From a virus (taxonomy: Duplodnaviria > Caudoviricetes): a stretch of DNA of 64,000 nt. The position numbers and the translations under genes are program-made. Positions 34,193 through 43,793 of this stretch are shown here, one piece after another; the stretch's first letter is position 1; every line of letters begins with the position of its first letter. The notes under the pieces are model-generated. The model saw nothing but the letters and a program-made list of their open reading frames with translations. It did no database searches and was not told the origin of the DNA. Location of the stretch: IMG/VR virus record IMGVR_UViG_2928503688_000006, positions 5,660-69,659 of that record. One strand, written 5' to 3'.

Positions 34193-36070
34193 ATGCCGCT
34201 TGAAAAAGGATCGTCACAGGAGGCGATTAGCGAGAATATCGCAACCGAAATCCGCGCTGGCAAAGATCCGAAGCAAGCAGCAGCGATCGCCTACAGCGTT
34301 GCGGGCGAGAGCAAGGCCGACTCCGAACCCACGAAAGCCGCTGGCGTACTGATCGTTGCTGATGAGGCGGTTCTGTTTCTGCGTCGCGGAAATGGCGGCG
34401 ATCACCCCGGAGAGTGGGCGTTCCCCGGAGGCCACACCGAACCGGGTGAGACCGCCGAAGAATCCGCCCGACGAGAGACGCTTGAAGAGGCCGGATATGA
34501 GCCGCACAAGCTGATCAAGCTCAGCTTGATCAGCGAAGGATCGGTCGAGTTCACGACGTTCTATCACGAGTGCCGGCCATTCGAAGTCGCGCTGAGCGAT
34601 GAAAGCACGGAATGGGCATGGGCGCCGATCGGTTCGTGGCCCGAACCACTGCATCCCAGTTGCCGGTTCGTGCTCGAGTCTGATGCCTTCAGGGCGATCA
34701 AGAAAGCGCACATGACGGAGACTGAGGTAGCTCAGGCAATGATGATGGGCGAAATTACCTCGCCGCAGTTCTGCCGCAATATGTGGCTGTTCGATATCCG
34801 CATCACTGGCACGGGAACATCGTACCGGTCCAAGGATGAAGAATATGTCTACCGGCCGCCCGAGCATTATCTGAACGACGAATTCCTGGCGCGCTGCAAT
34901 GGCTTGCCGGTCATCGTTGACCACCCGGAAAAAGCGACGCTCGACTCAAAAGAATTCAATGATCGCGTCGTAGGTTCAGTCCTGCTGCCCTACATCAAGG
35001 GTGACGAAGTATGGGCGATCGCCCGCATTTATGACGAAGCAACCGCGACGCTGATGTCGAACGAACAACTATCGACGTCACCCTCTGTCGTGTTTCGCAA
35101 CCCCGCAGTAGAGAATTCCACCGCCACTCTAGACGGTGGGCAAACCCTCTTGATTGAGGGAAAACCGATCCTGCTCGACCACATCGCGATTTGCGAGGCT
35201 GGCGTGTGGGACAAAGGCGGCCCGCCAACCGGCGTATCCACCAACCACGTTCAGGAACCTGAGATGACTGAAGAAGAGCGTAAGGCCAAGGCGGACGCCG
35301 AGGCGAAGCAAGAACTCGAAACGCGCGCCAAAGCCGACGCTGAAGAGAAGGCGAAAGCTGACGCGGAAGAAGAAAAGGCCAAGGCCGATTCGGAAAAATG
35401 GGACAAGCTGATGTCGGCTGTCGATTCCATCGCCAAGCGCATGGACTCCTTCGACAAGAAGGCTGATGAAGTGCCTGCCGAAGAATTGCCGGTTGGCGAC
35501 AAGAAAGCCGACGCCGAGAAGGAAGCCGAGGAAAAAGCCAAGGCTGACGCAGACGAGAAGGAAAAGGAAGAAGCCGCCAAGGCCGATGCCGAGAAGTCCG
35601 CCCTGCTCGACCGCGTCAACCAGCTCGAAAAGATGCTGGTGCAGACCGCGCAACTGGCTGTGAAACCCCTCACCGACGCTGACCATGCTGCATTTGCCGA
35701 CGCTCAAGCAAAGGCTGATGCGGTGTATCAGGCGTTCGGTAAGCAGGCTCCGCGCGCGTTGAATGGCGAAGATCCGCTGGCGTATCGCAAGCGCCTTGCT
35801 GCCGGCGTGAAATCGCATAGCGAGCAATGGAAGGGTATCGATATCAGCAAGGTCGATTCCCAGGTGTTCGAAATCGCCGAGTCGAAGATCTATGCCGACG
35901 CGATGGATGCCGCTATTCACCCCGAAGCCTCGCCGGAAGGTGGTCTGCGCGCCGTGTCCAAGACCACGGACAGCGGCCACAAGATCACGACCTTCTACGG
36001 CAAGCCGGGGGACTGGATGGATGACTTCCGGGCGCCGCGAATCAAGGCTGGAATCCGCAAGAGCCACTGA
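34193..36070 (+). CDS. NUDIX plus DUF2213-like prohead protease plus scaffold fusion
   Basis: Complete Nudix box [22 protein letters not shown]; [16 protein letters not shown]; KAKADAE-rich coil. Confidence 0.85.
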   Translation: MPLEKGSSQEAISENIATEIRAGKDPKQAAAIAYSVAGESKADSEPTKAAGVLIVADEAVLFLRRGNGGDHPGEWAFPGGHTEPGETAEESARRETLEEAGYEPHKLIKLSLISEGSVEFTTFYHECRPFEVALSDESTEWAWAPIGSWPEPLHPSCRFVLESDAFRAIKKAHMTETEVAQAMMMGEITSPQFCRNMWLFDIRITGTGTSYRSKDEEYVYRPPEHYLNDEFLARCNGLPVIVDHPEKATLDSKEFNDRVVGSVLLPYIKGDEVWAIARIYDEATATLMSNEQLSTSPSVVFRNPAVENSTATLDGGQTLLIEGKPILLDHIAICEAGVWDKGGPPTGVSTNHVQEPEMTEEERKAKADAEAKQELETRAKADAEEKAKADAEEEKAKADSEKWDKLMSAVDSIAKRMDSFDKKADEVPAEELPVGDKKADAEKEAEEKAKADADEKEKEEAAKADAEKSALLDRVNQLEKMLVQTAQLAVKPLTDADHAAFADAQAKADAVYQAFGKQAPRALNGEDPLAYRKRLAAGVKSHSEQWKGIDISKVDSQVFEIAESKIYADAMDAAIHPEASPEGGLRAVSKTTDSGHKITTFYGKPGDWMDDFRAPRIKAGIRKSH

Positions 36071-36089
36071 GGTTCTTAGTCACAACATG

Positions 36090-36115
36090 AGGCCCGCCAC
36101 TGAGCGGGCCTTTCT
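36090..36115 (+). terminator. Terminator-like hairpin
   Basis: AGGCCCGC/GCGGGCCT followed by TTTCT. Confidence 0.6.
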
Positions 36116-36135
36116 CATTTCTGGATAAGATAATC

Positions 36136-37020
36136 ATGGCAATTTCTGGTGTTCCTTTCAATCCGTACGGAACGACGAACGCTGCAGGCTCGTTCTCCGT
36201 ACAAAGCGCTGGCTATGTGCAGGGCGTATATCAGGACGACCCGGCACTCCGCTGGGCGCTTGCATCCGGCACGCTTTCGGCTTCGGCAACGCTTCCTCTG
36301 TGGGGCGGCGTGCCGATCTCGGAAAGCATCGCTGCTGCAACGGCTGATGCAACGATGGGCGGCTCGATCATTCAGGCCTCGGCCATCTCGAATATCACCG
36401 GCTTCTCGGTGTTCAACAACGCATACTCGTGGGTCGGATCGCCGTCCAGCCCGGTTCCGCTGGCCGCAAGCGCCGGCGCATCGGTCGCGTTCTTCCGTCT
36501 CGGTTGCGGCATCCGCATTCCGGTCGCAATGGACCCGTCGCTTGTTTCGCTCAATGGCGGGCTGATCTCGCAACAGGTTTCGTGGGACTTCAACAACCAG
36601 GTCCTGCAACCGTATGATGCGGCAACCGCGACGTATTCGGTTACCTCAATCACGTCGTCTTACGCGAGTGGCGTCTACACGTTCGCCGTGGTCATGGCGG
36701 CGGCTTCCCCGGTTGCTGCCGTGGGCGACTTCATCAACGTCAGCGGCGTGACCGGTACGGGCGCAGCGCTCGTCAACGGTAATCAGGTCGTGACGTCATT
36801 CACCGACAACCAGCACTTCAGCTTCCAGGTCACCGCCGCTTCGGGCGCGATCGCCACTGGCGCGCTGACGGGCACGATCGTACTGAACTATGGTACGGGC
36901 GCTTTGCCGGTCAAGGTTCTCGCTATCAGCCCGGGCAACAGCATGACTGTTTCCTACAACTCCACCACCGGCGCAGCTACCTGGAATCGTCAAGGTTACG
37001 CGGCCCTCATCCAGATCTAA
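36136..37020 (+). CDS. Head decoration/cement protein with inserted beta domain
   Basis: Between scaffold and capsid; LPLWGGVPISE, FFRLGCGIRIPV. Confidence 0.7.
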   Translation: MAISGVPFNPYGTTNAAGSFSVQSAGYVQGVYQDDPALRWALASGTLSASATLPLWGGVPISESIAAATADATMGGSIIQASAISNITGFSVFNNAYSWVGSPSSPVPLAASAGASVAFFRLGCGIRIPVAMDPSLVSLNGGLISQQVSWDFNNQVLQPYDAATATYSVTSITSSYASGVYTFAVVMAAASPVAAVGDFINVSGVTGTGAALVNGNQVVTSFTDNQHFSFQVTAASGAIATGALTGTIVLNYGTGALPVKVLAISPGNSMTVSYNSTTGAATWNRQGYAALIQI

Positions 37021-37032
37021 GGACGAAATAAC

Positions 37033-38052
37033 ATGGCCAATATCGTACCGGCACAGATTCGGGTTAGCCCGCACTATGTGATTCCGGAAATCCTCCTTCC
37101 GTATCAGCAAGCATCTGGCGCGTTCGACCTCATCGCAACGGGTGACCCGCTCGTGCGCCTCGGTGACGGCGATCTCGCTGTCTACATGAAGCGGATGGAC
37201 GTACGCACCGAAGTTACCACCAGCCAGTTCGCGCCGAACTCGTTGCCTAGCTGCACGGTGGCCTACAGCGAAATCAGCACGCCGACCTACCTGATCCAGT
37301 CGCGCGCTGAATACGATCACCACGACACGGCGGCTCTCGGTCGCGTCGGTGCTTCGACGGTTGAAGCACACCGCCTGGCAATGCGTCAGGGCACGTTCCA
37401 GCAGCAACGGAATCTGCTGCTGTATGGCGCTAACCCGGCGAATGGTGAAGGTCTGTTGAACACTCCGGGTGCAACGGCATTGAATCTGCCGGCCGACTCG
37501 AACGGCAACACCACTGTCGTGACGTATGACAACGGCCAGTTCGCGCTCTTCCTGTCGCAAACGATCGGCTCCATCAAGTTCCGCACGAACCAGATGGGCA
37601 TGCCGGCGAAGTTCTCGATCACCACGACCCAGCGCGTGCTTGAGAACATCAGCTACAACGTCGTGCAACTCACGCAGTTCCAGCGCTCTGGCGCCGGCAC
37701 GGATTCGGGTCGCGGCCTCGTTGACAACGTGATGGACCGGAATGAAGACGAAATCACGTGGTCGTGCGACGACACCCTGATTGGCAAGGGTGCAGGCGGT
37801 ACGGATCTGATCATCATCTCCATGCCCGAAGTCAAGAAACCGAAGGGCGGCAAGATCAACACCAACGCGTTTGCCGAACTCACCCCCGGTTCCGCAGCAT
37901 GCGCGCTTCAGTTGGTCGATCGTGCAGCGCCGACCGAGATTATGGCGCCGCTCCCGCGTGGCGCTGTTGACGTCGTCTCGGAACTGCGCAGCACGTCTGG
38001 CTGGTCGGTCCGCCCGGAAGCAATCACCCTTCTGAGCGTCCAGTACCAGTAA
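37033..38052 (+). CDS. Major capsid protein
   Basis: 339 aa; LLYGANPANGEGLLN typical of HK97-fold MCP; position. Confidence 0.85.
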   Translation: MANIVPAQIRVSPHYVIPEILLPYQQASGAFDLIATGDPLVRLGDGDLAVYMKRMDVRTEVTTSQFAPNSLPSCTVAYSEISTPTYLIQSRAEYDHHDTAALGRVGASTVEAHRLAMRQGTFQQQRNLLLYGANPANGEGLLNTPGATALNLPADSNGNTTVVTYDNGQFALFLSQTIGSIKFRTNQMGMPAKFSITTTQRVLENISYNVVQLTQFQRSGAGTDSGRGLVDNVMDRNEDEITWSCDDTLIGKGAGGTDLIIISMPEVKKPKGGKINTNAFAELTPGSAACALQLVDRAAPTEIMAPLPRGAVDVVSELRSTSGWSVRPEAITLLSVQYQ

Positions 38053-38152
38053 TTGCAGGTCAGTCTGCGGATAGATTGCGCAATCGACAAGCGCGCCCCC
38101 TGTCGCGTTTCCGCAGACTTCTACACAGGGATAACCGTCACAGGGAAGAATC

Positions 38153-38668
38153 ATGGCTCTCTACATCGCAAATTGCTCCAAGCAACAGTTTGAAATTCAT
38201 TACTGGGTAGAAGGATCTCCGAATAAGCCAGTGGTCACAAAGATCAGGCCGGGCGCCCAGGAGAACATCTATCCGCAAGGCAGCAAAGTTGATCATCAAC
38301 GAATTATCGATCAGCACAAGCCCTATGGATTGATCCCCGTCTCCGAAGTCGATCGACACGATGGGTTTGTCGGTCAGTGCTATCAGTACGACACACCGAT
38401 TCCCTTGGACCGGCTTCAGTCCACGATGAAGCGCAATGAGGACGAACTCTATGCGCAGGCTCAGGAGCGCCGCAAGGAGGCTGCCGCCGCAACTGACGAT
38501 ACGGTTCGACGGGCCGCGCAGGAGTCGGAAATGAAGGTTGACAACTTCGAGGTCGAGATCACCGAAGTCGAACAGAAGGGCGTCGATCAGAAGGTTCATG
38601 AGGTCATCAGCGTCGGCGAGAATGGGCAGCAAGAGCCCCGCCGTCGTGGTCGCCCCCGTCGCAGCTAG
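38153..38668 (+). CDS. Head-associated hypothetical protein
   Basis: 171 aa after capsid; ends RRRGRPRRS. Confidence 0.65.
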   Translation: MALYIANCSKQQFEIHYWVEGSPNKPVVTKIRPGAQENIYPQGSKVDHQRIIDQHKPYGLIPVSEVDRHDGFVGQCYQYDTPIPLDRLQSTMKRNEDELYAQAQERRKEAAAATDDTVRRAAQESEMKVDNFEVEITEVEQKGVDQKVHEVISVGENGQQEPRRRGRPRRS

Positions 38669-38676
38669 GAGGTCAT

Positions 38677-39180
38677 ATGTGCACGCCCTGCTTTCCACCG
38701 CTTCCCGGCATGGGCGTGCTCGCCCCCTGGCAGACACAGAAGACGCCAAACACCACCGACCTGTACACGTTCCTTCAAACGATCGTGGGCGTTCCTGCTG
38801 CTGCATTGCCGTCGAATAGCCCCTATCTCGCGTGGGCATTAAGCTACGCCGAGGAAAAGACGCTGCTGGTCCTGTATGCGATCGGACAGGACTATTACTG
38901 CTTCGCTGTCTATCTGCTGGCGACGTCGTTTCTGATCAACTGGTGCCCGGATCAACCAGGGCAAACGTTCTTCGCGGACTTGCGCAAGACGTGGAATCTC
39001 ACAGGTTTTGTGGGCGGGACGATTCAGTCCAGTGCCGATGAATCAACGTCGGAATCGTTGTTGGCTCCGGATTTTCTAAAAGGTCTCACGATCGGCCAAT
39101 TGCAGGCGCTCAAAGACCCTTACGGGCGTCAGTGGCTCGGAATGATGTCCGACAATGGCCCGATCTGGGGTATTAGCTGA
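38677..39180 (+). CDS. Head-tail adaptor (DUF4054-like)
   Basis: SSADESTS and DPYGRQWL motifs; position. Confidence 0.7.
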   Translation: MCTPCFPPLPGMGVLAPWQTQKTPNTTDLYTFLQTIVGVPAAALPSNSPYLAWALSYAEEKTLLVLYAIGQDYYCFAVYLLATSFLINWCPDQPGQTFFADLRKTWNLTGFVGGTIQSSADESTSESLLAPDFLKGLTIGQLQALKDPYGRQWLGMMSDNGPIWGIS

Positions 39181-39188
39181 GGTGAACG

Positions 39189-39779
39189 ATGGCAGCCGCC
39201 AGAGACTATGCGACAGAACAGGCCGATGGCGGCGGCAGTTATTCGGCACCCAAGGTTTTCGTTCGCAACGCGCCGCATCGCCTTACGCTGAACTTGGGAA
39301 TTATCGACCTACCGTATGCCAACGAGGCGAAGCCGGAAAAGGTAGCAAAGCCGCGCAAGGGTAAGGCGAACAAGCCTGTCAAGCCAAAGTCAACCGCAGG
39401 CACGCAAACGACCGGCGACATCGCTGAAATCCTTGAGGCGAAATACGGCGTGATGGATACGTTCGCGTTCGCCCATTTGCCTGACATCGCGAAAGAATTG
39501 GAGACGTCGATGGCTGGCGCGCTCGAGACCCTGATGATGGGTGGCGCACCGAGCGCCAATCCGTTCGCCACCGCCGAATCCGCGATTACTGCGATGTTCA
39601 AGAAGTTTCTGGCGACTGGCGCGATCGAGCATATGGGCGTCGAAGGCGTGCCGACTCAGGCAGCTATAAGAGGTGTAAATCACCGCCTGAAGCATCCTTA
39701 TGTCAAGGGCAATCCGCGCAGAGAGTCGTTCGTAGATACCGGCATGTATAGCGCCCACTTTTTAGCCTGGATGTCGTAA
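39189..39779 (+). CDS. Neck protein
   Basis: C-terminal FVDTGMY motif; position. Confidence 0.6.
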   Translation: MAAARDYATEQADGGGSYSAPKVFVRNAPHRLTLNLGIIDLPYANEAKPEKVAKPRKGKANKPVKPKSTAGTQTTGDIAEILEAKYGVMDTFAFAHLPDIAKELETSMAGALETLMMGGAPSANPFATAESAITAMFKKFLATGAIEHMGVEGVPTQAAIRGVNHRLKHPYVKGNPRRESFVDTGMYSAHFLAWMS

Positions 39780-40720
39780 TGCCGTCGATTGCTGAGTCAC
39801 TTGGAAACCAGTCACAATTAGCAAGCACGTTGGCAGCGGGCGTCAATACGCTCTCGCTCAACCAGACGGTCGAATTTACGCAGTACAGCCAGATCGTTTT
39901 GCCTGCAGACGGCTATGTCTTCTGGGTAAATACTGGCGTCGTGACGTCGGTCCAGGGCTCGCTGCACTACTCGACCGACCAGCAACAGAATGAAGATGAA
40001 ACGCTGAATGTCAATCGCGTCATCTTCACGGCACTAAGCCAGATCGACAGCTTCAACGAAGCCGCACCGACCGACCTGTTTATCGGCACGTTCGAAGGAA
40101 TCCGGTTCGCGTTCAATGCTCGCGGTTCGTTCTACGAGCAGGCGAATCTTTTCCATTACCTCGGCAACGCGGTCTATCCGGCGCTTTCGTCACAACTGAT
40201 CGACAGCGCGGCAGACTTGCCGACCGAGCCGATTGTCTCGAACAGCTTGCCGATCTGGCTTGGTCAGAATAGTTTCGCGCCGGTCTATCCGTCGTTTCTC
40301 GTGCCGGCGAACGTTGTGCCTCCATACATCACGGCACACATCGAACCCGACATGACGGAGGTCCCGTCATTCCCGGAGTATGGCTGGCCCGGTACAACCG
40401 AAGCTGGCTCGCCCGCTCCGCTGCACGACTTACCCAGTACGCAACTCGCAAAAGATCACGTGCGGCTGACGCTGTACGGCTTCAACAATCAGAAGGCGAT
40501 CCAGTATCTGGTGTCGCTGATTGAGTACTCGATGGACGGCAACGAATTCGGATTTGGCAATTCGCCGGCCATCAAGGACCAGAAACGCACGCAATCCGAA
40601 ATGAACGTGATTGCGATGAAAAAGACGATTGACATTGACGCCTGGTATTTCCAGTCCACGGCGGATGCGATCGCGCGCCGGCTGATTCTCTCTGCCGGAT
40701 TCAGTTCTATTACCACCTAG
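39779..40720 (+). CDS. Head closure/tail terminator-like protein
   Basis: Position before sheath; 313 aa. Confidence 0.55.
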   Translation: MPSIAESLGNQSQLASTLAAGVNTLSLNQTVEFTQYSQIVLPADGYVFWVNTGVVTSVQGSLHYSTDQQQNEDETLNVNRVIFTALSQIDSFNEAAPTDLFIGTFEGIRFAFNARGSFYEQANLFHYLGNAVYPALSSQLIDSAADLPTEPIVSNSLPIWLGQNSFAPVYPSFLVPANVVPPYITAHIEPDMTEVPSFPEYGWPGTTEAGSPAPLHDLPSTQLAKDHVRLTLYGFNNQKAIQYLVSLIEYSMDGNEFGFGNSPAIKDQKRTQSEMNVIAMKKTIDIDAWYFQSTADAIARRLILSAGFSSITT

Positions 40721-40745
40721 CGGGCATTCCCGACTAGTTCTTATT

Positions 40746-40767
40746 GCCCGCCTTGAGCGGGCTTTTT
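40746..40767 (+). terminator. Rho-independent terminator
   Basis: GCCCGC/GCGGGC followed by T5. Confidence 0.75.
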
Positions 40768-40782
40768 CTTTTGGAGTCTCGA

Positions 40783-41151
40783 ATGCCCCAAAACCCGCTT
40801 CAGGCAAACGTAGCAATCAACACGTCGAACAAGAGCGCCCCGCTTCAGATGGATGCCACCGGCAATCTGCTGACGGGCTGCGGCTCGGCAAACCGGTTGA
40901 ACGTCACCGCTATCACCGCAGTTAAGGCCAGCGCTGGTCGCGTTGGCAAAGTTGTCATCAACGCAGCGAACTCGACTGCAGTGAAAGTCTACGACTGCGC
41001 AACAACTGGTGCCGCAGCCGCTTCCAATTTGATCTATGCAGGCCCCGCTACCGGCGTAGTGGGCACGGTTGTCCCGCTGGATTTCCCCTGCGCGACCGGC
41101 ATCGTTGTTGATCCCGGCACGGGTGGTGTTGTCGCCGTCTCGTTCGATTAA
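40783..41151 (+). CDS. Small virion beta protein
   Basis: GGAG RBS; MPQNPL...; A/T/G-rich. Confidence 0.65.
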   Translation: MPQNPLQANVAINTSNKSAPLQMDATGNLLTGCGSANRLNVTAITAVKASAGRVGKVVINAANSTAVKVYDCATTGAAAASNLIYAGPATGVVGTVVPLDFPCATGIVVDPGTGGVVAVSFD

Positions 41152-41169
41152 TCCCCAGAGTCCGCCCAC

Positions 41170-42492
41170 ATGGCTACAACGATCACTCCGACGATTGTCA
41201 CGGTCAATACGACCGTCACGCGCGCGCCGACCGTCTCCCAACTTCAGCAGAGTGGTGCGATTGTGTCGGCGGGCGGTACTACTCTCACCGCTGGCACGTA
41301 CCAGTATTGCGGCAACCTGTCGCAAGCCCAAGCCATTCTCGCTGCGCCTCTCGCGCTGACCGGTATTTCGTGGTCTAGCGGCACGGCCACGGCCACGACG
41401 ACCGCCGCACTTTCGCTGGCAATCGGCCAGTCGTTCACCACGACGATTACTGGTGCTGTGCCCGCTGCATACAACGGCACCTACATTGCGACCGTGACAG
41501 GCGCGAATACCTTCACGTTCGCTATCGCCACGAATCCCGGCACCGAAACCACGCCGGGCACGTACACGCCGCCCGGCTCAGCATTCGTCAACACGTCTGC
41601 GACGACGTTCTTCGCGCAGGGTCAGACGGTCGGCGTTTATGTGCTTGAGTTGGGCAACGCGACCACCGCCGCAACGTCGATCACCGCCCTGAATACGTGG
41701 ATCACCGGCAACAGCAATCCGCAGGTGTTCTACGCGTACCTGATCCCGCCCGCATGGGATCTGGCTTCGTCGGCTGCGCTGAATACGATGACGGCGAACT
41801 ACGAAAGCCCGAGCGGCCAGACGTATTTCTTCATCACGACGACCGTATCGAATCTGCCGAACTACGCCGTGAATAAAGCGGTCTTTGCGGTTGTGTCGAG
41901 CCCGACTGCTGCCAGCACGGAGCAGCAGGCAGCAGCCTGCTTCTATCAGTGGTTGGTGAATAATCCGGGCCCGGCCAATCCTCTGGCGCCGATGGCGTTC
42001 CGCTGGGTGTATGGCGTTACGCCATGGTCGCAGAACGGCAACCAGACCAGCATCAACACGGTCCTGACCGACTACGGCAACCTGATTCTGACGGGCGCTG
42101 AAGGCGGTGTATCGACTGCCTCGCAGTTCAAGGGCACGTTCATGGACGGCGAGCAGGCCTCGTGGTGGTATGGCATCGACTGGTTCCGCATTCAGGTCAA
42201 ACAGGCGCTTGCAAACGCCGTCCTGAATGGCTCGAACAGCAATCCTCCGCTGCTCTACAACCAGGCGGGCATTAACACGCTTCTGGCTATCGCACAGAAC
42301 GTTGCTGATTCGGCTGTCAAGTTCGGCTGCGCCCTCAGCGCTGTTGTGTCTGCGGTGCCGTTCGCGACGTACACCACGGAGAATCCGAGCGACTACAACA
42401 ACGGGATCTATAACGGATTCTCGGCAACGGTTGTTGGTCAGAATGGATTTTTGACATTGCAATTTAACCTAGACGCACAGCAGTTCGTCTGA
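41170..42492 (+). CDS. Tail sheath protein (DUF3383-like) with beta insert
   Basis: Precedes tube; WYGIDWF, LLYNQAGIN C-terminal sheath motifs. Confidence 0.8.
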   Translation: MATTITPTIVTVNTTVTRAPTVSQLQQSGAIVSAGGTTLTAGTYQYCGNLSQAQAILAAPLALTGISWSSGTATATTTAALSLAIGQSFTTTITGAVPAAYNGTYIATVTGANTFTFAIATNPGTETTPGTYTPPGSAFVNTSATTFFAQGQTVGVYVLELGNATTAATSITALNTWITGNSNPQVFYAYLIPPAWDLASSAALNTMTANYESPSGQTYFFITTTVSNLPNYAVNKAVFAVVSSPTAASTEQQAAACFYQWLVNNPGPANPLAPMAFRWVYGVTPWSQNGNQTSINTVLTDYGNLILTGAEGGVSTASQFKGTFMDGEQASWWYGIDWFRIQVKQALANAVLNGSNSNPPLLYNQAGINTLLAIAQNVADSAVKFGCALSAVVSAVPFATYTTENPSDYNNGIYNGFSATVVGQNGFLTLQFNLDAQQFV

Positions 42493-42507
42493 TAAGGAGA
42501 AAACTAA

Positions 42508-42951
42508 ATGGCTAATCCTTATCTCATTGCTGGCCCGCTGAACCGTGTCCGTTGCCATGTGGTTGTGGCCGACACTCCGACGCTGAACATCCAGGCGCAG
42601 AGCATGGGAAAGAGCTTCGCGCATATTGAACTGGAAGGCGACTTCGTTCACCAGATCGAAACGGCGACAGGCGTAGTCAACTCGCCTGAGCCCTACGTGA
42701 TGGCAAACATCACCATCGGCCTGTTGAGGTCTCAGCCTCTGGCGGCTGCGTGGCTGGCTCAGGCGCAAGACACTGGCGTAATCGGAGATGTGACGATTCA
42801 CAGCGACACGTCAGCTTTTCCGGCTATCACGCTCAACGATACATCGATCCGATCGATTGCTCCCGGTGCTTATGACGGCACCGATCCTGTCGTGCGCCTG
42901 ACGCTGCGCGGAACGTTCAACATCAACTCCGACCTGTGGTCATTCACCTGA
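42508..42951 (+). CDS. Tail tube protein
   Basis: 147 aa between sheath and chaperone. Confidence 0.8.
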   Translation: MANPYLIAGPLNRVRCHVVVADTPTLNIQAQSMGKSFAHIELEGDFVHQIETATGVVNSPEPYVMANITIGLLRSQPLAAAWLAQAQDTGVIGDVTIHSDTSAFPAITLNDTSIRSIAPGAYDGTDPVVRLTLRGTFNINSDLWSFT

Positions 42952-43045
42952 TGTAGTGCTCTGCTGCGGCTAGGGACGCGACCCGAAACGCCGGCACCTT
43001 ACCGGCTGCCGCAGCACCTTCCTTAAGGGTCAAAAAAGGATTGAC

Positions 43046-43684
43046 GTGAAAATTGATGAGAAGCGGAATCTCTGTCTGCCGATCGTGACGGAAACTGTCA
43101 CGAAGAAAGTGGACGGCAAGGACGTGACTGAAGAAGTCGTGAAACTCTGGGCTTTCCATAGCCCGATTTCGCGCGAAGTTTTTGAACAGAACTACCGCGT
43201 GCTGTCGGCCACCAAGTCCGCACTCGCCAGTAGGGGATCGCATTACCTGATGTCGTCGGGACCGCGCATCGCGGCATTGACACTTCGCGACGAAGGCCGG
43301 AAGGATGCGGCGTCTCGCGGTTCGTTTGATGAGACCGGCAATGTCCGCGACGAGGAAACGCCTGCACTTTTCGCCGAACTCAGACGCCTGACTATGGTTC
43401 TTTGCCCCGGTCAACACGGTTGGGACATGCTCCCCATCGACACCGCAATCTCTGCCGAAAAGATCGACTCCGAAGATTGGGAGGAGGCACTTTCGGAGGT
43501 TGTTTTTTTTACCTGTCACTTAGCGATGGCCCGCAAAGCCGATCGCGAGACGACGGCGAGGGCAATCGCTTCCATGCTGGGTGCGTCGATTACATCATTG
43601 GCACCTATGGCGTTCGTCGCCTCCTTGCCGAACTCGACGCCGGCAGAACCTACGAGACCGGCAGCATCCTCGATTCCGTCCTGA
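43046..43684 (+). CDS. Tail assembly chaperone G
   Basis: Between tube and tape measure; T8 slippery run near 43503-43510. Confidence 0.7.
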   Translation: MKIDEKRNLCLPIVTETVTKKVDGKDVTEEVVKLWAFHSPISREVFEQNYRVLSATKSALASRGSHYLMSSGPRIAALTLRDEGRKDAASRGSFDETGNVRDEETPALFAELRRLTMVLCPGQHGWDMLPIDTAISAEKIDSEDWEEALSEVVFFTCHLAMARKADRETTARAIASMLGASITSLAPMAFVASLPNSTPAEPTRPAASSIPS

Positions 43685-43793
43685 GCTACATAACTGGTGA
43701 GGGATTTGTCGAGACCTTCGAGCGATATGAAACGCCCTACCGGTCGGCGCTGGAATACCGGCAAAGATATCTAATCGAATCTGCGAAACGACA

